A stretch of DNA of 64,000 bases from Podarcis liolepis. Lineage: Eukaryota. Below, piece by piece: positions 27,019 through 36,446 of this stretch (position 1 is the stretch's first letter; the number at the start of each line of letters is the position of its first letter). The stretch lies in NCBI GenBank assembly GCA_965112155.1, contig OZ218100.1; one strand, given 5' to 3'. The notes beneath the pieces were generated by a model. That model saw only the letters and a program-made list of their open reading frames with translations. It was not told the DNA's origin and made no database searches. A program made the translations under genes and the position numbers.

Positions 27019-30000
27019 ACCCCTCCCATCTGGCTGGGTTTCCCCAGCCACTCTGGGCGGCTCCCAACCAAATATTAAAAGCACAATACAGCATTAAACA
27101 TTAAAAACTTCCCTAAACAGGGCTGCCTTTTGATGTTTCTAAAAGGTGAGTGATGCTTCTCCAAAGCTCACAGCACCAGCCATGGGCATTGTGTCGGAGA
27201 AATAATGCCCTAGTTCTTTCGAAACAGCTGTTGTCCCTGTGATGCTCTTTACCAGGGTATTAAGCCTGATGCTCTGGTTTGATGCATAGGCATAAGCCTG
27301 TTATGATCCTTAGCTCCTGAACCTGGAGATAGGCCAGCAAGGGGGGGAAATGCTTTCCTTACCAATTATTAAAATAGAACCACTTTTCTAGTACAAAAAT
27401 TCCATGGGACTTCATTGTTATCTTTCCGTTTACCGTTTAGCCAGAACTAGAGATGCTGGGCAAAGTGTACTTGGATTATCTAGTATGTTAGGTTGAAGAC
27501 AGATGTGACATCTTTTATAGTAATGGGCCGGTCTGAAATGCTCTTTCTGCATTCAGTCCCAATGCCCCTCGCCTTTCCAGAGTCATTCTGCAAAAGTTTG
27601 CAAGTATGAGACAGAAAGCTGCTATGCCAATTGACAGGCTCCATGTAACATCACCAAGAAACCTCCCTCCAATCCTCAGGTCCCTTTTGCATTTAAAATT
27701 ACCGTTTTAATTAATAAGGGACATGAACATCCTTGCAGCTTTTTTCCGGGGGGGGGGGGGGAGGAAACCTATACAAGTCTGATGGCTAAGCCAGGGTGTC
27801 CTGTTCATTGGTGTGGCTGTCTGTCATCCCATTGAGCAGGAGTGCTCTGATGGTGTTTCCAGCTTGGCAGGGGGTTGGACTCGATGGCCCTTGTGGTCTC
27901 TTCCAACTCTATGATTCTATGATTCTATTCTATGATTCTATTTGCAATGTCAGACCGAAGGATGCACTGTGAACTCTTTTCATATTAACTCTGTCTTTGC
28001 TCTTGAAGCTACTTTTGAATGGTAAACCTTGTTAGTATTTCCCCCACCACCCACCTAAATTTGTATTCCTCGTTCTCTTTTTGTATAGTGAGACAGAGAG
28101 TACCTATTTGTGCCTGCCTTATTATTGTCATTTTTGTTTTGTATGCAGAATTAATATAGAAGCTCGCAAATCTCCAAAGTTGTCACGAGCTGCTCAGGAG
28201 ATATCAAGATCTCCCAGGCTACCGATAAGGAAGCCTTCCATAGGTTCACCAAGCCTAACTCGTAGAGAGTTTCCTTTGGATGATATCACTCAGGTACTGC
28301 ATGGCTATCTCATTATCTACCAGAAACAGAGGCACTATGTCTCTGAATACCAGTTGCTAAGGTACAACAATGGGAGAGCCCTGTTGGCCCCGTGTCCTGT
28401 TTGTGGACTTCCCATAGGCATCTGATTGGCCACTGTGAGAACATGATGCTGGATTAAATAGGCCTCTGGCCTGATCCAGCACACCCTTCTTATGTCCTTC
28501 ACTCTTTTTCATTGGTAGAATTGCCCTTGTCAGTGTGAAGATAGAAATAATCATACTGATTTGACCTAACAGGATTATTGTAAAGATAACTAAGATAATG
28601 TGAATACTATATAAATGCTTGTCGTCGTTCTGTCATACCTTTTTCTTGCAGCACAACTACCTTGCTCAGGTCACGTCAAATATCTGGGGAACCAAATTCA
28701 AAATTGTGGGTTTGGCTGCTTTCCTACCAACCAATCTTGGTGCAGGTAAATTAACTCTTTAAGAACTGTCTTCATTTCAGACCCTTCCTGACCAGAAAAA
28801 GTGTGCAAATATTCTTTAACAGTAGTTAAAATTTTGCATCTAATTCAGTCATGGAGTTGTAAGCCAGGAAACAGTTTGGACTATTTCTGTGGCATCTTCT
28901 ACTGGGTCAAAACTCCATAGAAGTGGTGCTTAAAAGGATACTGTCCCTAATTGTGGGAGTATACCAGAAAAACATTCCATGTAGAGAGAAGTTCCTTCTG
29001 CTCCAAAGCGTAATTCATTTCCATGTTAAGAATATACTTTATATCTGTTTGCTTGGTAAATAAATCACATCTGTAGCTCTTTTGATTCTCCCCACTTGCT
29101 TTTGGAGGAGTGGTCATGTTTGTATTTCTCATCCACATGGTTTCCCAGTAGTCCAGACACTGACCAAGCCCAAACTTGCTTAATTTCAGTAATTGAATGA
29201 AATCATACTAGACCTTTTGCTTAGAGACTTCTTCAGTTATGAAAAAATACATAAATAGAAAGTAATTCCGGATACGTGTATATTTTTGTCTTTCTGTGTC
29301 ATCACTGGGAAGCCTTGTTTGCCTGTATCTTCCCGGTGCATGTACATACAACAAAATGTAGTTGTGTGTGCTTGTCGCATGCAGTCATCCAAATATTGCA
29401 TCCTCTTTCTTAAATAGACATGCTTTCCATGTAGGAGTTTTATCATGGTTGAAGTCCCTCTAATTGGCTGATTCCTTTAGTAATGCTGGACCCTCCCTTT
29501 GTATTTCCTGCATCACAAATCTTTTCTTTCTTCCCTTTCCTTGCATCCTTTTTGTAGTTATCTATAAAACCAGCTTGCTGCATCTCCAGCCTAGGCAAAT
29601 GACGATATACCTTCCAGAAGTGCGGAAGATTTCCATGGACTATATAAACCTGCCTGTCTTCAACCCCAATGTTTTTAGTGAAGATGAAGATGATTTGCCA
29701 GGTGAGATTGAACCGATTGTCTAAAATTTTATGAAACTCTGTAAGAAGATTGACTCTCCTTGTAATTAAAAGCCCAAGGCACATGAGTCCATTCCATGTT
29801 TTGCAAGATATGCGTGTTGTGGTGGAGAGGCTAAATTGGAGCTTGCTCTTTTGACTTCCATTTTGGAGTCTGTGGTGAGGCTGGGAACTCCAAAATAGGG
29901 CTTGAAAGACCTGTGTACTTCCGGAGTTGTCATTGGGAGCCTGGTAGAGCCTAGAGGGCTCCCTGTGCCCTTCGCAGCCTGTGTGGGCATTCCCTACCAT

Positions 30001-33000
30001 CCTGCCCCTGCCCTGTGTTGTGAACAGTGCATTCAAGATCAGGGGAGCTGGAAGGCCTCAGACACAGGTGTACATACATGGTGCATTTAAAGCCTTAATG
30101 GAACCTTCTTCTCTGACTCCTGAAAGGAATGTGAAGTTGAAAAGGGTGATGAGGCAAGACCAGGAACAGTGCAGGCTGCTGGGGTGGAGGGGTGTTTCTT
30201 GGCTCCGACAAGTTTCTGATGACATAGCTGAGAGCTCAAAAGGGCCTATTGACAATTCATAATTAATCTGTAAACCACCACAGCAGCAGCAACCACCACC
30301 ATTAGTTTAGATGTCCGGTGGATGTCCTTTTAATTAATCCATTTTAAATGGGTCAGTTATGAATTTGATCCAGAGAGAGTCCATTAATCCCCTGAGAAGA
30401 AGCATCTGTTAAACTGGGAATTAAATTATGAGGCTTCAGTATTAACCGCATTTTAGAAATCTGCAAGGGGATTGACACAAGCAAACAATCAAAAGACCTG
30501 GAGTGATATAGAGGCACTCATAATTGAAAAGGTTCGATTTCCAATGGTGACTTAACTGCACAACCTTAGAGTGGCAGGAATCCATCATGGTGCCTGGGAA
30601 TTGAGGCTGCAGTGGTAGCCAGAAGCATTCACAAATGTCAACAGGTGAACAGGTTGTATTCTCTCCTCGGATTCACATTGGGTTACTGTCATTCATGCCT
30701 TCATAACTGCTTGCTTTTGATGACATGGACTATAGCTTATACATTCCACCCACTTGCATCAGAGTCTGGTTTAACAGAGTGGCAGAACACTAGATTGTTC
30801 CTGTTCCTTCTGAGATAAAGGTCTGATGCAGATACAGTGCTGGCTTCCTGCTAACTGTGGTCAACAAATTGGAAGCCAAACCTTTTCTGGGGCAAATTCC
30901 CTCTCCTTTGCTATGATGAAGCAGTTTGTTGGCTCCAACGCTTACCACTATTAAGTCTAGCCAGGATTTCCCTTAAACCAGGTTCTTGAACTGAGGGCCA
31001 TGGAGAAAGAGAGACTTACCCCAAGGAGGTGAGGGGCTTTGTGGAGGGACTGCATGTTCTCAGATCTGGCTCTTAATACCCTTACTGTAGTGAGGTGGGA
31101 GATAATATTACTGACCTAATGTGACAGCACAAGTACAAAAGTTAAATAATCAGTATTTATCAAATGATTCCAATACCTTTAAAATGGAAATTAATGCTCT
31201 AGATGGCAGAATTAATTTAGTATACAGTGGTACCTCGGGTTACAAACGCTTCAGGTTACAGACGCTTCAGGTTACAGACTCTGCTAACCCAGAAATAGTA
31301 CCTCGGGTTAAGAACTTCGCTTCAGAATGAGAACAGAAATCGTGGTGCGGTGGCAGCGGGAGGCCCCATTAGCTAAAGTGGTACCTCAGGTTAAGAACAG
31401 TTTCAGGTTAAGAACAGACCTCCAGAATGAATTAAGTTCTTAACCTGAGGTACCGTTATATCTCTTTTTGGATGAAGGCTGTGATGCTGTATTCTAATAC
31501 TCATATCTTTTTGTCCCAGTGACTGGAACATCTGGAGTTCCCGAGAACAACCCACCTTGCACCGTAAACATCCCGATTGCTCCTATTCACAGCTCAGCAC
31601 AAGCAATGTCACCAACACAGAGCATAGGGCTGGTTCAGTCTTTGCTGGCCAATCAGAATGTGCAGCTGGACGTCCTCGCCAATCAGACGACAGCTGTGGC
31701 AGCGGCGGACCATGTGACTGACAACGCAGTCCACTACCCAATCCCAAGCAGGTATTCCAACCCAGGCCAAGTGATCTTTGGAGGAGTTGAAATGGGGCGC
31801 ATCATCCAGGCACCCCCTCAGCTCCCTCTGCCGCCCCAGGGTGCAATCCAGATGGCAATTGTGGACCACAGAGATGGGGACAGAGACCACGAACACCTCC
31901 AGAAGGCTAAGACGTTGCGTCCAGTGCCACAGGCAGCTGAAGGAGAAGCATCCGTCTTCACGACTGCCCAGGAAATTCAGATGAACAAAATGAATCCTCC
32001 CCCTCCATACCCTGGAACCATACCAGCAGCTCCCACCACAGCTCCTCCTCCTCCTCCGGTACCTCCCCAACCTCCCATAGATCTCTGCTTGAAAAAGGGA
32101 GACTTCCCCCTTTATTCCACAGGGCATTATCAAACCCCTCTCGGCTATGAAAGAATCACTACCTTCGACAGCAGCGGGAATGTGGAGGAAGTTTGCCGGC
32201 CTCGAACGCGGATGCTATGTGCCCAGAACACTTACACTCTGCCAGGGCCTGGCAGCTCTGCCACTTTAAGAATCACTTCCTCAGAGAAGAAGATTCAGCA
32301 GCCTTGTACCAGCGCCACCCTAAACAGGCTCACGGTGCCACGTTACTCCATTCCAACCGGGGATCCGCCACCTTACCCGGAGATCGCAGCCCAGCTGTCT
32401 CAAGGTCGCGGCATGGCCCAGAGATTGGACAACAGCATAATCCACGCCACTCTGCGGCGGAACAGCAGAGAGGCAGCCCTGAAAATGGCCCAGCTGGTCG
32501 ACAGCCAGAGAGCCACTCTGCAGCTGCCCCCGAAACTGAAGAGCAACATTGTGGCAGCCCAGTACCAGCAGAGGGTGCCAACGGCACTCTACACCTGCAG
32601 CCAGTGCAGCAGCGGCAGTGGCAACAACGGTGGCGGCGGCGGTGGCAGCGGCAACCCTAATAGCGGAAGTGGGAATATGAGTGGCATCAGTGGTAACAGC
32701 AGCACGTCCGGCATGAACAGCATGAGACCGGACATGACCACCGGGAGCAGCTCTCAGCACAGCTCGGTCATCGCACACTCCGTCAGTACTTCGCCCCTGG
32801 CCTCCCAGTCCTCTTACAATTTGCTTAGCCCACTGGACAGCTCTCGTGAACGGACAGATTATGTGAACTCTGCCTTCATGGAGGATGAAGCTCTTTCTCA
32901 GCACTGCCCCGTGGAGAAACCGGTGCGCCACATGCCTGTGGCCATGGCCGAGCCAGGCATTGGTGTCAAAAGACCACCCCCCTATCAGTGGGAACCAATG

Positions 33001-36000
33001 GTGGGTGAGGAGATATGGGTCCCTCAAGAAAGGACAGCTCCGAGTACTTTGCCTCACCCTGCCAAACCTGCCCCCCTAGTCATTGGCCAAACTCAGCACC
33101 TGGATATATCCCGAGCACCGTTTGTTTCCCCCAAATCTCCAACCAGTCCCACTGCCACTTTCCAGATGAGCTACGGGGTTGGAGCCCCATACTTGGGGAA
33201 CTACGGTCTTCCTCCCCCTCCTCCCCCTCCTCTTCTTCAGGGAATGCAGGTCCCCTGTTCTCCCAAAGAAGCTTTGGCCCCACCCCAGATTGCACAACAG
33301 GAGCCAACGGTTGTGCTTCAGCCAGGTTACCCCTCCAACCTTGCTTACTGCCCTTTGCCCCCCCTGTACCCTGGAAATAGCACTTGCTCGAGTTTACAGC
33401 TGCCACCAATGGCCTTGCACCCGTGGAATTCCTACAGCACATGCCCACCTGCTGCACAGAGCACCCAAGGCACTCTGCCCCCCAAGGCGCTGCTGGTGGT
33501 GGAGAAGCCTGTCATGTCTCCTCCTCCACCACCACCACCACCAGTGGAGCCTCAAGGCCACACGGGCACAGACGCGATGGCGGAGACAGCAGACAACTTC
33601 CAAGAGGTCCTGTCCTTGACCGAGAGCCCCGTGCCTCAGCGGACAGACAAGTTTGGGAAGAAGAATCGGAAGCGCCTGGATAGCCGAGCGGATGAAGGGA
33701 ATATGCAGGCTATTACAGAGGGAAAGGTCAAGAAGGAGGCAAGGACAACTCTGACTGACTTCAACTCGCTGATATCCAGCCCTAGGCTGGGCAGGGAGAA
33801 GAAGAAGGTCAAAAGTCAAAAGGACCAGTTGAAGTCCAAAAAACTGAACAAGATGAACGAATTTCAGGACAGCTCAGAAAGTGAGCCTGAACTGTTTATT
33901 AGCGGGGATGAGCTAATGAACCAGAGCCAGGGCAGTAAAAAGGGATGGAAAACAAAAAGGAACTTGAGAACAGCCAGTGAACTGGATGAGTTTAAGTGCC
34001 GGAAAGCCAACGAAAAGGAGGATGGGCGGCTGGGAAGCCAGGGCTTTGTGTACGTGATGGCTAACAAGCAGCCCTTGTGGAATGAGGCAACACAAGTCTA
34101 TCAGCTGGACTTTGGAGGGAGAGTGACCCAAGAATCTGCAAAAAACTTCCAGATTGAGCTGGAAGGGAGACAGGTAAGATAACGAGTCGGAAATTCCAGG
34201 CTGTTTCTTGTGTTAGGCCTTGACATATGTGCCAGAGGAACAGGGCTGACCCAGGACTTGTGCCTCTGATGCGAGTGCTGCCACTGCCAACTCCTCCTCC
34301 CCTTCCCCCTCCAGCTTTGTAAGTTTTGCTGCTGCTAACATGGTGGCAGAACTTGCCATGTCCTCCCACCCCCATCTTCTGCCTTGCTCTGGGGAAAGGG
34401 GTCCTTCCTTAGAGTTAGGCATTCTGGGCGAGGTGGCCTTGGAAAGTGCCTGCACCACTACCACTTTGTCTCGGTGGCTAGTTAAAGGTTTCAAATCACT
34501 AGTAACTTCTAACTATTTTTTAAAGTCCAGCTGTTGTGGCAAAGCAGTGTTGGGGCAGGCACTCTTCCAGTTCACCTCACTCAGAATACTTTGCTCTAAG
34601 GAAGGACCCCCTTCAGTGTAAGGCATGAGGATGAGGCAAGTGCTCTGGAAAGCTCAAAGCAACTGGGTGGCTGCGTAGTGGTGACAGCTGGGTGGATGGA
34701 CTGGTGAAACAAGCAAGTGAGGACTTGGGGTCAGTAATCTGCCACCTCCTACTGCCACCACCAGAAACAGTTGCCTCAGTTTGCTTTCTACAGGAATGCT
34801 GGCCCTGCAAATGCAGTATGATGTAACTTCTTTCAAATAGACACACCTTCTTGCAGATTAATTTGCAGGAAATAGTGGCATGTGAAAGGCCTGGTGCAAA
34901 CAGGATCCTGATGCCTTATCCCTTGGGTGGCCAATATCTGCCCAAGGCATTGGACATACGTTTGTGTAACACCTGTAGAGCATTTGTCTCTGTCACAATT
35001 TCACAAATATTGAATACAGTCCATACAGAGGTTGCCTTTGAGGTACAGGCAACTTCTCTGCAGCATAAAAATCTTGACTGTATAAACCCAAAGCTATTCT
35101 ATTCCACCAAGAAGAAATTTGATGGTAGCTGCCTATAATTGTGGCTTCTGTGCCTCAGAGCAGCTATAACAGATTATGGGATATTTTAAATGTCACAGTG
35201 AATAGTAACATATGAACCCGTGTAACTATAAGGAACATAGAAATATGATGTCACCTTCAGCTGATGTCATATCACAGGTGCACATTTCACATGAAAATAA
35301 TACAATGTGAGAACAGCCTTTTGGTCCTGAGATTGCACTCTATCATGATCACAAAACTAATACAACAACCAACCAACCAACCCAGTGTCAAGGTCATGAG
35401 AGTCTGAAAAACAGGCAACAGTAATGTATGTGTAAGGTGAAAGTGATGGGGGAATATGTGAACTTTAAACCCTGGCCATTATTTTCAGTCTCTTAGAGCA
35501 GGTATAGTGAATTTGTGGCCTTCCAAATGTTGTTGGACTACTACTCCCATTGTCCCTGACCATTCACAATGCTGACTGGGGCTCATGGGAGTTGGAGTCC
35601 AAGAACATTCAAGAATCATCAGTTCCCCAGCCTTCTGCTGCTGCAGTGTAGAAAAACTGGTGCATTCTATAGCAAAGATGTATGAAAGGAGGTGCAAAAC
35701 ATTGTACAAACCTTAGGCACCTTTTATTTTCTGGGATCCAGGATTGGAATGCCACTTTAGCTAGCTCTGCTTCATGGTGTTCTTTTGCAGTCTCCCTGAT
35801 CTACCAGGAGGCTGAGGAAACAAGTCACTGTAGATCCGATTGTGATATCTATAGGTTATTTTGGGATTGCAGTCGTGTTGCATCGACGTTGTCCAAGAAC
35901 AAGCAAGATCCACCAGAACATAATGGCTTCAGTCTGCTGAAAATCATGGAAAATTCCTCTTGTGCTGATATGATCTCCTCAGAATATTCAACCTCATTAA

Positions 36001-36446
36001 TCATTGTGGGCTTTGAACTTCCCCTGTGAAAATAGGCGAAGCCAGTGCTATATATCTAGAAAAAGAGGCGCCAGAACTCACCATGAACACCTCCCTCATT
36101 CTCTTAGAATGGCAATGGTGCCCACCTGAGAGGTGCCAGAACTGAGTTCCTCTGGGCAGAGCCACTTGCCAGTTGAAATGCAGCTCTCATATGAAGCAAG
36201 AAGTTGTGAAATCACCCCCTCCTTGCTTTAATGGGCCAATTTTTCATATTTAACTGCTGCTCGATTTCTTGTTTATCTTTACCAACTTTTCCTCTTCTTT
36301 ATTTCTTTCCCCACCACTTTCTCCTCCAGGTCATGCAGTTTGGGAGGATCGATGGCAATGCTTACATTTTGGACTTTCAATATCCATTTTCAGCGGTGCA
36401 GGCCTTTGCAGTGGCTCTGGCTAATGTGACTCAGCGCCTCAAATGA
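12376..36446 (+). CDS. TULP4: TULP4 (Tubby-related protein 4 / TUSP), partial: coding exons 3-14; N-terminal exons lie upstream of the window
   Basis: 12 exons with AG/GT boundaries and consistent phase. They encode a WD40 region (VSDFTWSHDG..), a SOCS-box-like segment (SLQLLCQQTI..LPPRLCSYL), a long Pro-rich region and a Tubby-like C-terminus (MANKQPLWNEATQVYQLDFGGRVTQESAKNFQ..VMQFGRIDGNAYILDFQYPFSAVQAFAVALANVTQRLK*). Adjacency to TMEM181 matches known synteny. Confidence 0.97.
16251..16291. repeat. 19-bp direct repeat with 3-bp spacer
   Basis: ccatattttgatccctaag x2. Confidence 0.85.
18347..18419 (-). mobile_element. CR1 LINE 3' tail (short, young)
   Basis: Reverse complement reads gtttcctgcttggcagggggttggactcgatggcc...ccaactctatgattctatgattcta. 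Confidence 0.8.
18494..18674 (+). CDS. TULP4: TULP4 exon 4 (181 nt) VLFGTADGQVIVMDCHGRMLAHVLLHESDG..DDYSPPQ
   Basis: ttttgccag|GTCCTC ... CAAG|gtcatt; inside ORF 18368..18814. Confidence 0.93.
21926..22060 (+). CDS. TULP4: TULP4 exon 5 (135 nt) DGPAAYPVLVQNTKPLLTVSFTSGDISLMNNYDDLSPTIIRSGLK
   Basis: cctgcag|ATGGT ... GAAAG|gtacgc; phase 1-1. Confidence 0.95.
22856..23022 (+). CDS. TULP4: TULP4 exon 6 (167 nt) DVVAQWCTQGDLLAVAGMEK..YTLETPVQ
   Basis: atttcag|ATGTA ... GTGCAG|gtaaag; inside ORF 22675..23043. Confidence 0.95.
23459..23683 (+). CDS. TULP4: TULP4 exon 7 (225 nt), includes SOCS-box-like region RPIISICWGHRDSRLL..FTPTIK
   Basis: catgcag|CGTCCC ... ATCAAG|gtaaac; inside ORF 23399..23734. 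Confidence 0.95.
24513..24766 (+). mobile_element. Tc1/mariner-type MITE related to family A
   Basis: TA|cagtcatacctc...gaggtaccactg|TA; internal ttcaggttacg repeats; CpG-rich. Confidence 0.8.
25012..25246 (+). CDS. TULP4: TULP4 exon 8 (235 nt) PPIPDPNNMRDFVSYPTSGNERLHCTMKR..DPKTDGKA
   Basis: aactcag|CCTCCT ... AAGCAG|gtacaa; overlaps ORF 25036..25260. Confidence 0.95.
25924..26068 (+). CDS. TULP4: TULP4 exon 9 (145 nt) DEIYGNSLISTVIDSCNCSDSSDIELSDDWAAKKSPKITRASKSPKLPR
   Basis: ttgacag|ATGAAA ... CCCAG|gtaatc; phase 1-2. Confidence 0.95.
26422..26448. repeat. (TG)n microsatellite
   Basis: Direct inspection. Confidence 0.95.
26952..27146 (-). mobile_element. L2-type LINE 3' end with compound (AAC)n(TAC)n(TAT)n tail
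   Basis: Microsatellite followed by tacccctcccatctggctgggtttccccagccactctgggcggct..., a recalled lacertid LINE terminus. Confidence 0.65.
27838..27941 (+). mobile_element. CR1 LINE 3' tail (short, young)
   Basis: gtttccagcttggcagggggttggactcgatggcc...(attctatg)n. Confidence 0.8.
28149..28293 (+). CDS. TULP4: TULP4 exon 10 (145 nt) INIEARKSPKLSRAAQEISRSPRLPIRKPSIGSPSLTRREFPLDDITQ
   Basis: tatgcag|AATT ... ACTCAG|gtactg; inside ORF 28081..28425. Confidence 0.95.
28341..28499 (+). mobile_element. Old CR1/L2-group LINE 3' fragment
   Basis: ...ggcatctgattggccactgtgagaac...ggcctgatccagca...cttcttatgtcctt; a related copy lies near 42948-43073. Confidence 0.55.
28652..28745 (+). CDS. TULP4: TULP4 exon 11 (94 nt) HNYLAQVTSNIWGTKFKIVGLAAFLPTNLGA
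   Basis: tcttgcag|CACAAC ... GTGCAG|gtaaat. Confidence 0.95.
29558..29701 (+). CDS. TULP4: TULP4 exon 12 (144 nt) VIYKTSLLHLQPRQMTIYLPEVRKISMDYINLPVFNPNVFSEDEDDLP
   Basis: tttgtag|TTATC ... GCCAG|gtgaga; inside ORF 29464..29724. Confidence 0.95.
31225..31458 (+). mobile_element. MITE family A, copy 3 (about 60 nt upstream of the TULP4 exon 13 acceptor)
   Basis: TA|cagtggtacctcgggtta...gaggtaccgtta|TA. Confidence 0.88.
31520..34173 (+). CDS. TULP4: TULP4 exon 13 (2654 nt), large Pro-rich exon ending in the start of the Tubby-like domain
   Basis: gtcccag|TGACT ... AGACAG|gtaaga; 887-aa ORF 31519..34182. Confidence 0.96.
35499..35637. mobile_element. Degenerate hAT-type palindromic MITE
   Basis: ggactactactcccat...atgggagttggagtcc inverted core, the same as 49640-49769. 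Confidence 0.6.
36042..36150. mobile_element. DNA-transposon/MITE fragment
   Basis: cagtgct...agaggcgccagaactca and a repeated agaggtgccagaactgag subterminal motif. Confidence 0.45.
36330..36446 (+). CDS. TULP4: TULP4 terminal coding exon 14 VMQFGRIDGNAYILDFQYPFSAVQAFAVALANVTQRLK*
   Basis: long polypyrimidine tract, ctccag|GTCATG; TGA at 36444-36446. Confidence 0.96.
   Translation, partial: VMQFGRIDGNAYILDFQYPFSAVQAFAVALANVTQRLK

Noticed and set aside
27768-27782. Long poly-G/poly-C runs (also near 22827 and 43074)
   Set aside because: They are simple homopolymers whose lengths are unreliable in assemblies, with no functional evidence.
29443-30036. 197-aa minus-strand ORF
   Set aside because: It is antisense to TULP4 exon 12 and intron, with no recognisable domain; probably chance.
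31609-34375. Many overlapping antisense and alternative-frame ORFs (up to 245 aa)
   Set aside because: They are shadow ORFs expected from the GC-rich, Pro/Ser-biased codons of exon 13.
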